This document shows positions 1 to 14,734 of a stretch of DNA of 64,000 nt, piece by piece; the stretch's first letter is position 1, and every line of letters starts with the position of its first letter. This DNA is from the human T2T-CHM13v2.0 reference genome, Homo sapiens. A model generated the notes under the pieces. That model was not told the origin of the DNA and did not search any database. It was given only the letters and a program-made list of their open reading frames with translations. The DNA lies in assembly GCF_009914755.1 (NCBI RefSeq), contig NC_060926.1; one strand, 5' to 3'. The position numbers and the translations under genes are program-made.

Positions 1-222
1 AGGCTCCGCCCCCGGCGGTTCACGCCATTCTCCTGCCTCAGCCTCCCGAGTAGCCGGGACTACAGGCGCCCGCCACCTCGCCCAGCTAATTTTTTGTATT
101 TTTAGTAGAGACGGGGTTTCACCGTGTTAGCCAGGATGGTCTCGATCTCCTGACCTCGTGATCCACCCGCCTCGGCCTCCCAAAGTGCTGGGATTACAGG
201 CGTGAGCCACCGTGCCCGGCCC
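1..222 (-). mobile_element. AluY-like SINE (cut by window start)
   Basis: Reverse-complement Alu, CpG-rich, ends cgtgcccggcc. Confidence 0.95.
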
Positions 223-224
223 AT

Positions 225-410
225 GATTTTAAAAAAACCTCTCAGAAATAGAAACAGAGGGAACTTCCTGAATTTGATTAAAAATACCTGCAAAATCCTA
301 GAGCTAATATTATACTTAATGGTGAAAGACTGAATGGTTTTCCCCTAAGATGCAGAACAAGGCACGGATGTCCTTGCTCACCACTCCTATTCAACAAAGG
401 ACTGGAAACC
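225..410 (+). mobile_element. Old L1 ORF2 (RT region) fragment
   Basis: aatggtgaaagactgaatggttttcccctaag...caccactcctattcaaca resembles L1M ORF2. Confidence 0.7.
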
Positions 411-929
411 AGAAATAACTTTAATTTTTTTTTTTTCTCAAGTGATAGGTTCACAGAGAAAAAGCTTTACTGGATGAACTTTTAGATTACTACTTTTATA
501 GAGCAGCAGAGATAAAAGCCAGGTCGAAAAGTGCATGTGGAGTAAGGAAATGGACCTAGTTCGACAAAAGGGCTCAGAACGACTGCCCAGATGAGATTGT
601 AGACGCAGCTGTAGTTTACTTTCTATCTGGAAGAAACTTCAAGTTATCCTTAATTTTCCAAGGAGACAGTCACTTACCTTTTAAAAAACATTATTAGAGA
701 AGCACCGGGCGGGAGCATATCTAGCATTAAAAATGTGGGATGAATACCATCTCTGCTTGGTAAAGGTGGTTGGGAATCCTGAGAGAGGGCACCTAGTGTG
801 GCTTCTGCATTTTTCACAGTGCCTGGACCACGGCTGAAAGTAACTCTTGCATGACATTTGACAGAAGAGGAAACCGAAGCTCAGATTAAATTCCCTGTCC
901 ACAGCGGGATCATTCGGCACGAGTTCCTC

Positions 930-1205
930 CCTGTCTGGAATGCTCTTCCCCAGCAATAGATCCTGCGGCTCTTCCGTGTCTCAGTCTAATGTCATTCCGT
1001 TCCAGGATTCCCGACTTCTTAAAGCATAAATAATCCCTCCCCACCCTCTCATTGTACTGTTATGTAAGTTATTACAATATGTCATTATATATTTAGTCAT
1101 ACTGCTTTAGGTAATGTCTTCTCCACTGAACTGTAAGCTCCATGAGGGCAAGAGTTCAGTCGGTTTTACTTAATAATTAGCACCTAGTACAGTACTAGCA
1201 TAGAA
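930..1205 (+). mobile_element. L2 3'-end fragment
   Basis: ctggaatgctcttcccc...ctgtaagctccatgagggcaag...cacctagtacag, typical L2 tail. Confidence 0.6.
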
Positions 1206-1219
1206 TGAAGGCCTCGCAA

Positions 1220-1517
1220 TTTTTTTTAAATTTATTTTTAGACAGGGTCTTGCGCTGTCGCCCAGGCTGGAGTGCAGTGGTGCAACCTCGGCTCACGGCA
1301 GCCTCGACCTTTCGGCTCCAGCGATCCTCCCGCGTCGGCCTCCGGGGTAGCTGGGACTGCAGGCGCGCACCACCATGACTGGCTAATTTTTTTTTTTTTT
1401 TTTTTGTAGACATGGGGTCTCGCCATGTTGCCCAGGCTGGTTCCTGAGCTCAAGTGATCCTCCTGCCTCGGCCTCCCAAAGTGCTGGGATTACAGGCGTG
1501 AGCCTCAGCGCCCAGCC
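1220..1517 (-). mobile_element. AluJ-like SINE
   Basis: Full dimeric Alu, antisense. Confidence 0.9.
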
Positions 1518-1867
1518 AAGTTAGCCTTTTTTAAACGTCCTGTCTCCGGAGGTTGCCGAAGTTGGTTTTCTTCGGCCTCCTTCTCTCTCCCAGGCCCAGG
1601 GCTGGGACGAGGCCGGTTCCCGCCTGCAACCTGCACTGAAGACGGGAACCTTGGGAGCCGGTACCGGAACGCTCGGAAACGGCACCAAAGTACGAATCCT
1701 AGGGCGGAAAAGCGTTACCAAGACACTCGTCCCCAGAGCCGCTTCCTGGGACTCTCTAGCCTCCTACCGCTTCTCAGTGATGTTCCGGTTTCCGCCCTCC
1801 TCCTCGCGCTGTTTCCGCCTCTTGCCTTCGGACGCCGGATTTTGACGTGCTCTCGCGAGATTTGTGT

Positions 1868-1893
1868 CTCTTCCTAAGCCGGCGCTCGGCAAG
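1868..1893 (+). other. RPS7: RPS7 non-coding exon 1 (5'TOP start approximate)
   Basis: ctcttcctaagccggcgctcggcaag followed by donor GTAGGT at 1894. Confidence 0.8.
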
Positions 1894-2119
1894 GTAGGTT
1901 GGCGGCCTGCTCTCCGACAGAACTTTTCTTCTTGGGTTGAGGAAAACGCCTTTTGGAGTCAGGCCCTGGAGGGGCGAGCCTTGCTCACAGGGTGGGGATA
2001 CAGCCGATTACCCGCCCTGTGCTTTCCGATGGCTTCTGCGGGGCGAGCGGGGCCTGGCCGGGGGGTGCGGGCGGGAGGGCGAGCCAGCGGCGCCTGCAGC
2101 CCGGGCCGCGTAACGCTGA

Positions 2120-2356
<237 letters not shown>

Positions 2357-2359
2357 TAG

Positions 2360-2542
<183 letters not shown>

Positions 2543-3029
2543 TAACCTGAACTCAGGTTCGGCCGTGTTGTTTGGGAGTGATACCGCCCAGGTGCGGGGA
2601 GTGGGGTTGCAGGTACCCTGCGGCTTAAGCTGTCCACATGCGGGCGGTGGAGAAACGTGGAGTAGGGAGGGCCTGGGCCCATTTCGGACCTTATTTGCCC
2701 TTACTTAGTTATAGATACGGCAAAGAGCTGTGGGGAGCTCAGGATGAGATTCTCTCTACCCTTAGCCCGGAGTTGCCGCAAGTGGGGGTGCAGAAGTGGT
2801 AGTGATTGGCCTCCTGGCCTGAACAGTCTCCCTTCTTGGAATAAGGAAATGTGAAGGTTGGAGAGAGATGAGAACATTTCCGAAGGATGCACTTATGATT
2901 AACTCAAAACTAGTATTAGTTTGTAGTGCAGCTACGGTGTTAGTGATAAGGTCTTCTTATCCTCTAATTTGACCACAACGTTTACTTTCTGAAGCAGTTA
3001 ACAAAGTGGATTTTTGTTTTTTTCTTTAG

Positions 3030-3218
<189 letters not shown>

Positions 3219-3306
3219 TAAAATTGCTTGTATTTAGACTGCATTGGTAGTTGGAATCATGAAAACAATCCTTTTATGAATCCAATTGGGTAGAAAGATA
3301 AAGTAC

Positions 3307-3443
3307 AGGCAGAGCGCCGTGGCTTAGGCCTGTAATCCCAGCACGGGGAGGTGGAGGCGGGTGGATCACTGTAGAGACCAGCCTGGGCAACATGGTAAGA
3401 CCCTGTCTACAAAAAATAGAAAAAATAAGTTTTAAAAAGAAAG
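3307..3443 (+). mobile_element. Degenerate Alu monomer (FLAM-like)
   Basis: cctgtaatcccagc...gagaccagcctgggcaacatgg plus A-rich tail. Confidence 0.75.
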
Positions 3444-3596
3444 ATAAAGTACGTTCTTTAATTAAGAGTCGAAACAAGAAGTCTGTAAAGTGACAGACTG
3501 CTGTGTTTTGAGTTATGAAAATGATTTCCCATATTTAAATTTCCACAAGTCTAGTGGGTTGCTTACACAGATGATCAAACTAAGAAACCTGTTACA

Positions 3597-4033
<437 letters not shown>

Positions 4034-4252
4034 TTAGTAGAGGCTGTGGATTCTGAATGATTTATTCAAGAATCAGGAAGTAACTCCATAGAAGGGTTTC
4101 CTCAGTCAATTGTTCGTCTAAGTTGTTTAGCCTTCTCGAACTTTGAACTTACCCTGCCATTCTTCTTGCTTTTAAAGCAGTATGGCAGTTACAGCTTTTT
4201 GTCAATTTAAAGTCTTTTTTCATTTTGTTACATGATAATTTTTACCTTACAG

Positions 4253-4317
4253 AGGAGAATTCTGCCTAAGCCAACTCGAAAAAGCCGTACAAAAAATAAG
4301 CAAAAGCGTCCCAGGAG
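4253..4317 (+). CDS. RPS7: RPS7 exon 5
   Basis: AG|[21 protein letters not shown](S)|GTGAGT, 65 nt. Confidence 0.98.
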
Positions 4318-6623
4318 GTGAGTATTTTAGTAGTTTCAGAAATGTGTGTACCCCTCTTATTAACAACTCTTAATTTGTTTAAGTTGTAGTTTATGAAAAC
4401 AGATGTTCAAGTGGGAATTTTTGAGTAGCAGCATTTGGTTTCCTGTATAGTTGCACATGATACGTTTTAGAATTCTAGATGTAAAACATACATGTATTCA
4501 TGTAGCCATTGTTTGCCTACTAGGTCAGTGCTGTCACAAGATGAGATGATTTCCTCCGATTATTTGTGCACAGGATAGGAATGATGAGAAGGAAATCATT
4601 ACTTTAATTCTGTGATATAGCATGCTAGACACAGTTGACATGGGCTTGGATTTATCTTTGATTTTTATTTTTGCTGTGGATTGGAGGTAAAAAAATGTAG
4701 GTGGATTTTGGTGATAACATCACAGGTTAAAATATCACTGCAGTTGAAGATGCTGATGGAAAATGATTTATGAACTTGATTGACTTACAGGTTATCTGGC
4801 ATAAACTCAAATATTGGTAGTTGTCTTCTTGAACTAGATCTTTTGGTATTTTGTTAGTCTCTGATTAGTATGTTGTTTTACAAATGTGAACTATTAAATC
4901 CCTGTGGACTCTTCCCTAAGGATGAGTTGAAGAAAAAAAAAATCCTAGTGTTGCCTGTGCCCTCTAACATGTATAATTTGTATTGTTACTCTCAGTGGAT
5001 GAGGAAACTGATCCAAGGCTGGGATAATTTGCTGATTGCAGCTAGTACTAGTAGTGCTAAGAATGTTTTTTTTTTAACTCGGTCTTGTTCTGAAAACCAC
5101 TAGAACACAGTGTTGGGAGTCTGGTAATGTGTTATTGTGTCGAGCTGTGGTATGTGGAAAGGTAGGTGCCAGCTTTTCTAGAACTTGAATTCTATGGCTT
5201 AGTACTTTGAAAAACTTTTAAAGGCAGAGTGGCATAAGAATTTAGGATTTTTTTCCCCTAAATCATGACACTTAAAGAGGGTTTTGGAAACTCAGTTCTG
5301 AGAACCTCAGTTAGGAAATGAGTATAAGAACAGTCCCAGAGGACTGTCCCTCAAATCCATAGCTTTAGTTCCCCTCAGTACAAACCTCTGTTGTCCAAAT
5401 TTTCTCAGACAATGGCTTCAGTGTTTCTAGTGGGACCTAGTCTGTACATTGAAAGCCTTCACACTAAGCCTAGCTGGTAGGTCATAGTGATTCTACCACT
5501 TTTCCAATCCGGCTTCCTGCTTTCAGATTTATTTTCCCTATTCAGTAGAGCTATCTTTATCTAACTCAGGTTAAATGCTGAAATTGATAGTTTTTGGGTA
5601 TAGCAGGGTTTTTCCTCTAAAGCGCTCCAGTCCCTGTGGTTTGTGATGATTGAGTTATGGTGCCATTGCTCCCCATTTTAAAAGATTGTAGATGACATTG
5701 GAATCTAATTTCCGTATTTGGGTGCTTTCCTAGTATTGTAAGAATATGCTTAATTAATGAGTCGCAATGAATAATCCGTTTGTCTTGATTTGCTTTCTGA
5801 AAGGTGATGAGGGTTTTGGGAAATGGACTTTGTTCAGGCTTTTGCCCTTTGTGGCTGTGACATATTAAGATGTTGGCAGTAAAATTGAGAGCCACCAGAA
5901 GATGTTAACTGTGTATATGGGCGCTGCCAGATAGGAAATCCAAATGAGTAGACTATAGTGTTATTGTTAGCTACTATGGGGTGAGACGTAGACAGATAAC
6001 CATATGTAAGGCAGCTCCCTAAATGCTGAAACAAAGAACCGTCTCTTGACTTACTCCTGATGTCTCATGGTACATGGTAGCTGCCCCAAAAGCTTGCAAT
6101 TAATTGAAACTTCTCATTTGTTAGGTGGCAGGTAGGTAGGTTTTGAACTTGGTAGTGATATTCAGACGAGGAGCAAGATTCCACTGGCAGTTCTGTGATG
6201 CTAAGTAAATGATGTGATCATATCCGTGCTTTAGAAAGATTATCTTGACATTGGTAGGGGGTGGTTTTGGAGATGAGCAAGAGTGTTAAAGGTTATTGTA
6301 GTGATTTAGTTGAGAAATAATACAAGTGAAAATAAAGATGTATAAAAGTCCTCTAATCTCACATTCCCTAGAGATGGTCACTCATTGCCTTGGTGAGTTT
6401 GTAGTTTATCCCAGAGTAACATTTAAAATTGACTGAGCTTTTGAAATAAATCAGTAAGCTATTACCCTATTCTAGGTAGGCAAAGGCTTTAGTTTGGTAC
6501 GTGAAATATAACAAGCTTATTTGAAAATGAGTGTTAATTTGACTTCAGGAACCTGGGATTTGCATTTTCATTTTGACTTAAAGAGGTGCCCTCTGGAGTT
6601 CCCCAGAGGGCAGGCGTTGCTAG

Positions 6624-6857
<234 letters not shown>

Positions 6858-7112
6858 TAGTGTAACCAGTCTCCATGCGCCACCATAGCAATGACTGTAG
6901 TAAACTCAGGACTAGTTCTTTTACCCGCACTTCAGCCTGCTCTCCTTTGGATTATGTGTCAGGTGTTAAATGGAGATGTTTCAAGAATTGAACACTTGAA
7001 ATTCTCTGTACCTTTTGGAAGTAGACTCTTTCTGTGGTCTTTTAGTTAGGCTGTATATTCTTGGTGAGTTAGGGGTGGGTGGTGATGGGATCAGTGTCTT
7101 GGGGGGACATAA

Positions 7113-7275
7113 CCATGTGGGTGACTGCTGGGGTCCCCTGATGGCTTCCCCGGTGCAGTGGTGTACAGTTCTGTCCCACAGCATTGGAGAAGAGCTTGTC
7201 CCCGGTCGTGAAGACTGCTGCAGACATGTTGTGTGTACTTAGTTGCTGAGGAGAAAAACAATACAGGGCACAATT
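7113..7275 (+). ncRNA. Degenerate U17/SNORA73-like H/ACA snoRNA relic in RPS7 intron 6
   Basis: 5' stem ccatgtggg pairs with cccacagcattgg (7175-7187); H box AGAAGA 7188-7193; 3' end gttgctgaggagaaaaacaatacagggcACAatt resembles recalled U17 3' end; ends about 72 nt before the acceptor. Confidence 0.6.
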
Positions 7276-7347
7276 TCACGAAACTATTAGGTTTTAAGCT
7301 GAGTGTGTATTTCAAAGTTCTGTGATGAATTCTTTCTTTTCTTGTAG

Positions 7348-7425
7348 GTTGAAACTTTTTCTGGTGTCTATAAGAAGCTCACGGGCAAGGATGTTAATTT
7401 TGAATTCCCAGAGTTTCAATTGTAA
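7348..7425 (+). CDS. RPS7: RPS7 exon 7 (last coding exon)
   Basis: AG|VETFSGVYKKLTGKDVNFEFPEFQL*; all exons sum to 585 nt. Confidence 0.98.
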   Translation, partial: VETFSGVYKKLTGKDVNFEFPEFQL

Positions 7426-7438
7426 ACAAAAATGACTA

Positions 7439-7444
7439 AATAAA
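7439..7444 (+). terminator. RPS7: RPS7 polyadenylation signal
   Basis: AATAAA 13 nt after the stop, followed by a GT/T-rich element. Confidence 0.9.
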
Positions 7445-8878
7445 AAGTATATATTCACAGTACTCTGTTTCAGTTATGTTTTTCAAAATTCCAAATTCAC
7501 GGATGCGCAGCTGTCTTCATTATCAGTGGCGTCCTGTGTGGGCCAGAGGATTTCAGTAGGAGGGGTGTCTGTGCCAGAAAGCTTGATGCCTGTGAGGTTC
7601 TGCTTGTATTCAGGGGTACAAGTGTCATCACGTGATGCTGCAGAAATGGCTGAATATTGGCACTTTTGCATGGTTCAAACTAAAAATATAGCAGGTACTT
7701 TTTTTATTGTGCTATACGTAAAATTTACCATATTACCCATTTGTAACTTTACAGCTCAGTAGCCTTAAGTGTATCTACAAAGTTGGGAAACGGAACTCTG
7801 AACTTTTTTATTCATCTTGTAGAACTCAAATTACCCATGAAACCAGCACCTCCACTTCTCATTCTGTCAGATTTGTTGAATTTTTTATACATAAACTCAT
7901 GTTAGGTGTTAAACGGACTTTCACAAGTTAAATGTCAGAGTCTGATTAAGATTTTAGTAGATGCTAAGTGGTGTGTAAACTTGGGTATTCCAATTCCTCA
8001 CTTCCTTAGTTTTCCACTTCATCAAACGAAGGCTCTGGGTGAAATGAAAGCCTGAAGTGAGGACCCTGGTGTGGTGTCAGGTGACTGGAGTTGGACCAGG
8101 TCTTTGTAGGGTGGAGCAGATGTCTTCTTAGAGAATTATTTCCTCAGTTTTGGCTTTGTGCCAGATTGCTTTCAGGTATTGATAAGCCTTAAAATGACCT
8201 GTAAAATTTACCTTCCTGCTTCTATAGGGTGAAGAGACAATCTTACTGAACAACCCCCCAAATAACATGTTTTACAACAAATTATTCCCACAGATAGACT
8301 CATTCCAGGAAGCCTCTGAGGCGACACAATAGTATTTTCCCATTTTGCAGGTGAGGGTCAGGCCTCTTAGGAGTAGAACTACTGTCAGGCTCCTGAGGCT
8401 GTTGTCCAGGCAGAATTCACATGGCGGTGCAGGCACACGGGATGTTTTCAAAGCTTTGCCAAGCGCTCTTGATGGTACTTGGCTGAGGCCTTTGTGGATG
8501 AGTGGGTAGTGAGGAAGATTCCCGTTAAGCAGTCAGTTACCAAGGCTGGACCTTTATCCTCAGTAGTCCGTAGGTCCCTAACCCATTTCCGCTGTCTTCA
8601 CCCTGTCCCTGTCGGGGTCGCCCTGGTTTCTCTGGAATGAGGTATTTACTTAGGCCCAGGGTGCTGCAAACCTATTCTCACCCTTCTCCAGCACGAAGCA
8701 CCCTTCTCCCCCCACCCCCCATTTCCTGGCGACCTGTTTAGTGGCTTTTTGGGAGGCTTCATCTGTGTCATCTCAAACATTTAGTGTATTGGAATTCACA
8801 GATTGACTGGTTTGGGAAACAAGATTTACACAGGCTGTCCTAGAATGTTATGCATTTTCCTTTTAAAAAAATGTTCCA

Positions 8879-9178
8879 GGCGGGGCATGGTGGCTCACTC
8901 AGGTCTGTAATCCCAGCACTTGGGGAGGCTGAGGTGGGCGGATCACCTGAGGTCAGGAGTTCGAGACCAGCCTGGCCAACATGGTAAAACCCCGTCTCTA
9001 CTAAAAATACAAAAATTAGCCAGGCGTGGTGGTGGGTGCCTGTAATCCCAGCTACTCAGGAGGCTGAGGAGGAGAATTGCTTGAGCCCAGGAGGTGGAGT
9101 TTGCAGTGAGCCAAGATGTCACCATTGCACTCCAGCCTGGGCAATAAGAGCGAGACTCCGTATCAAAAAAAAAAAAAA
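8879..9178 (+). mobile_element. AluS-like SINE
   Basis: Full dimer with A tail. Confidence 0.93.
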
Positions 9179-11291
9179 GTTCTGAATTTCTTGATTTTCC
9201 TACGATGCCAGTGGCTATCAGTAGCATACCTAGAAGACATTAAAGAACCCATCTCCAGGAAAAGAAGAAACTTTAACATGTGAGAAAACAATTGTTTTTT
9301 GAAATTAGTGTAAGGAATGAGCTTACTTTAGGATGTCCATTGGGATATGCTTCCATTTTAGGTGAAAGCTACATTGACCTGTAAGGTATCAATAACATAA
9401 AAACTCGGAAATAGAATATTCTTACCTATTTAAGATGCTTGTGAAGAGTCTCAGTTGGCTTTGAATCTATTTGTTAATAATCCCTTCTAATTACTTGGCA
9501 AGAACAAAAGATGACCAGAATACCAAGAAAGATGGAAAATTTTGGTTGATTTTTCAACAAAAACTTCACATTTGCTAGATGGGAAGCATAGCCAAAGATA
9601 TGCTTCTGTCCGCATCTATCTTTGTAAGGGGTCTTTAAAAAAAAAACCCTCATAGTGGAAGTTTTCTGTCATACTCAAAAGTATAACAGAATCAGTAGTG
9701 GGCCTCTGTCCCATCACCCAGCTTGAGCTAGTACTGACACGTTGCTAATCTTGTTTCATCTATTCTCACCCTTTTTTCGCTGGAGATTTTTGAAGCAAAT
9801 TCTAAACATATCATTTAGGAATCTTTTAGCTGTGATAAGTATTAAAATCAAGTGCCAAACTTAAAACTAGATTTTAAATTGTTATATCAAAGTATAACAA
9901 TCATTGCTTTCTCTAAAATTAATACCTTGGTGAACAAAAAGACTTAGGTATCATTACTGTGGTTACTCATTTAAACCTTCTGTGTTTTTATAACGTACAT
10001 ACCCTATTAGTACCGTGGTGCGTTCTGTATTAACTACGCATTGGAGGTACTCAAAAGTTTCACTTGGAGTGCACAATGGAAGAGTTTGGGGCCTAGCGTG
10101 CTAAGCACGCACAATTTTCATCGGTAAACTTTGTCAAGAAAACTTAAGTTATCTTTTTTTGTCAAGAAAGCTTAAATATATCAAATATTTTTGAAAGGTA
10201 AATATAAACTTTTTCATGATTTTGTTGAACAAAGATTAGATAGTAAACCTTCAGGCATGAATGTATGCATTTGCTATGGGAAGTAATAGTGGTTTTAAAA
10301 AATCCTTTTCCCTTCTAGGTACATTAGTGCAGCCTTTTCTCCGTGATTCATACAACACAGTAAAGGAACTAGTGAAGGTATACAAAGTCACACAGTTCTT
10401 TAGTACAGCATCTTGAATGTTTTCAGGCACTGAGATGATACTAGACCTGTAAAGCAGGTATTAGACTTGATATTTATTAAAACTTATAACAGGACAATGC
10501 AAACACAGCCTAGTGAAAGAGACATTTCAATGACTGGAGATGGGCCTGGTTCCTAAGATTCCTGTTATTGCTAGATGAGCTGTTGGAAATGCTTTAACTC
10601 CATCGAATTTTCTCACTATAATCAATAGCAGCAACAGTGGGTGAGTGACTGTAATGAAGTTTAGTCTGAATGCCTCTAGCAATCACATTTTACTCAAAAT
10701 GCTATACAGATAACATCAGAGCCGTGCTCTGTAATAACACACTTAATGAGGCCACCATTAAAGTCAGCGTGCTGTTAATTATCTGGATCTAAAATGGCCT
10801 AAGCTTCCTCTTGAAAGTAGAGCAAATCACTCCTTACTTAGCTTTTAAATCATTATCTGACAGAACTCCCTTAGCATTCTGCCAGTTTTATTCCCGACTG
10901 TGATCTCTGGCATGCTGCAAGCTTGTGATAGTACCTGACCGTTTCACTCAGGGACCCTGAAAGCAGCGCTGACCACATCTTAACCTGACATGGCTAAATC
11001 TTCGCCCAAAGCTCTTGGGGAGTTTGATGTGGTGGGTGGGGAGTCCCTCCCTGTGTTTGGTGGCCTGAAGATGAGCTGCATCATTCCTTCGTGGACCTCA
11101 GGTTTCCCACTGGGAAATGAAAGAGCATGGGCTAGCTGAGTCTGAGGGTCCCTCTAATTCTAAAAGCCACTGACTTTAAGTACTACAAGTTTAAAGTATC
11201 AGTAAATACAGACAAGTTCTCAGAGTATTTGGCACTTAGTAAAGATGAATGAATGTGTTTTCCTGTCCTTGAAAACCAAACCAGTTACAGA

Positions 11292-11589
11292 TTTTATCTT
11301 TTTAAGACAAGAGTCTTGCACTGTCACCCAGGCTGGAATGCAGAGGTGTGATCATGGCTCAGTGCAGCCTCAAACTCCCCAGCTCAAGCGATCCTCCTGC
11401 CTCAGCCTCCTGAGTAGCTGGTACTACAGGTGCACACCCAGCTAATTAAAAAAAAAAAATTTTTTTTTGTAAAGATGGGGGTCTTGCTAGGTTACCCAGG
11501 CTGATTTTGAACTCCTGGGTTCAAGTGAGCCTCCCTTCTTGGCCTCCCAAGGTGCTGGAATTACAGGCATGAGCCAGCATGCCTGGCCT
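11292..11589 (-). mobile_element. AluJ-like SINE
   Basis: Diverged antisense dimer. Confidence 0.9.
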
Positions 11590-12018
11590 GGGGTTAACTT
11601 GATTTTCAGTTTTAAGGCCTGTGCTGGAGCAGGAGTGTCTAGTGTGGCAGACAGTTGGGGGTGAGTAGGATGGTGTTTGGGGACACCAGAACAGCTCCTA
11701 TGTCTTCACTGAGTGTCGGTCCATGTGGGTCAGGCACCAGGGTAGACTCTTGAAGGATTAGCTCAAATCCTTCCAAGGACCCTGGGAGGTAGGCAGTGGT
11801 TTCCAATGCTTGGAAAGTTTTAAAAACGAGAACACTGAGGTCCCACCGGCAGCATATCTCATCGGCAGCTTTAGGGTGGGGCCCAGCCATGTGTTTTAAG
11901 AAGTTTTCCAGTCGATTCTGATGCAAGCTCAAGTTTGAGGACCTCTGATAGTTGACTCCCTAATAGTCTCTGATGAGACAGTGGTGGGGCCCCGCCCTCA
12001 TGCGCCCAGGCAGGGAGG

Positions 12019-12167
12019 CTGTGCTCCAGATCTCATGCCTGTGCTCCAGATCTCATGCCTGTGCTCCGGATCTCATGCCTGTGCTCCAAATCTCATGCCT
12101 GTGCTCCGGATCTCATGCCTGTGCTCCGGATCTCATGCCTGTGCTCCGGATCTCATGCCTGTGCTCC
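12019..12167. repeat. Minisatellite, 20-bp unit CTGTGCTCCRRATCTCATGC x about 7.4
   Basis: Directly visible tandem copies. Confidence 0.97.
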
Positions 12168-13322
12168 TGGACAGCTGTGCGCTGCCGGACTGGCACGGTC
12201 AGAGGGAAGCGCCGGGGAGAAGATGGAGGCCCAGCCCCACACTGCTGAGGCAGGAGGCCAGCGGGGCTCCACTCTGTCCGGGAACTTAAGGACGGGGAGA
12301 GGTGGCTGCCGTTAATGTCCTCATGGACAATGTCCCAGAGATTTGGCAGCATGCACTGTGTGATCCCAGTGAGAATTCCCATCCGGAGACAAGCGGGGTT
12401 TTCATCCGGCTCCTGCTGTCCAGATTTCTGAGTTATCTCTGAGAAATGTAAATACGATTTGGGATTTGCGCCAGAGTCTTTTCCTGGCCCCCTGGCGTGG
12501 ACTCGTTCCATGAGAGGGTCAGGGTTCACGAGGCAAAAGGCTGTTCCCAGCAGCCACGACTTCAACACTTTCAAGAAAAAGCTGCGGGGAGGAGAGGAAA
12601 AAGGAGGAGGGGGAAGGCCTCCTGGCCCTTCTGTTCCCAGTGCAGGTGTGAACACGGTTTATAGTCTAACTGTGCTTCCAATACAGTGTACTCGAAATAG
12701 GAAGTTGAATGATCACTTATTTATATAACTGAGAGTAATTATCGGCTTATTGGCATTTTTTTTTTTTTTAATTTTTAAAAAGCCCTTAACGTTTCAGGAA
12801 CACAAAAACAAACGGAAAACACCCACATCAGCTGTGAAACAGACGCTGGGCGCTTGGGTCTTGGGGGGTCCTGTGGGCCTTGCTGGCTTGCTCGGTGACA
12901 AGTGCAGCTTTAGTGTGACGGGCCCAGACTCCGACTGGCACGTTCTTTGTGAACTGTGATCTTGGGCAAGGTCTCTCATTCTTGAACTCTGAAACAGGGG
13001 CGACAACTCCTCCTTGCTATGAGGGTAGCTGTGAGGCCTCCATGAGCGAGCGGTCGTGAATGATCCTAGCTGGCACCGGGTTCTACACACGTTCCGTTCT
13101 CTTCACCCCAGTTTGCGTCCTCCACGGGCAGAGGGGATGGCTGCCCAAAGGACATGATGTGATGGGCCTGGCCTGGGCACACTGTGCTCCACACCCCACT
13201 TCAGACAATAGAGGCAGATTCACCATGAGGCCAATAAAGATCCGGCTGGAGAGGCCTTAGCATTGAGTTCTGTGGTCATATATTTGTATAAAATTAGCAC
13301 AAATAAAATATTAAGCACAATG

Positions 13323-13927
<605 letters not shown>

Positions 13928-14344
13928 GGTTATATTATTTTGGATTTCAGCTGGATATGCTGGGTGGTTCATGGTGCAGGAGGAGGTCATGAGCTACAAA
14001 TTGGTCAGTGGTGTGGTCATTTCAAAGACTAGGATTACTCTGAACAAAACAAACCAAAACCCAATCGTTGAGATGCCTGAAATCAAACACCTAGTATATG
14101 AAAGAAAACTGATAGAGGTTTCCCCAGACTTGACAGCTATCCAAAAACTGTTCATGGCGTCACTGATAAAGGCTTGTGGAGCTGAAGTAAACTGTTTTGA
14201 AGCTACCAATAAGAAGATATTTAAATAACCATGCAAGAAAGAGCAAATACTGAGTCATCTTCTGTTCTCTTTGTAGAAATTTGTGTTCACGGGAGCAGGC
14301 AATGAAAGAATATACGGCCAAATAATATAAAAACGTAAGGGCTG

Positions 14345-14734
<390 letters not shown>

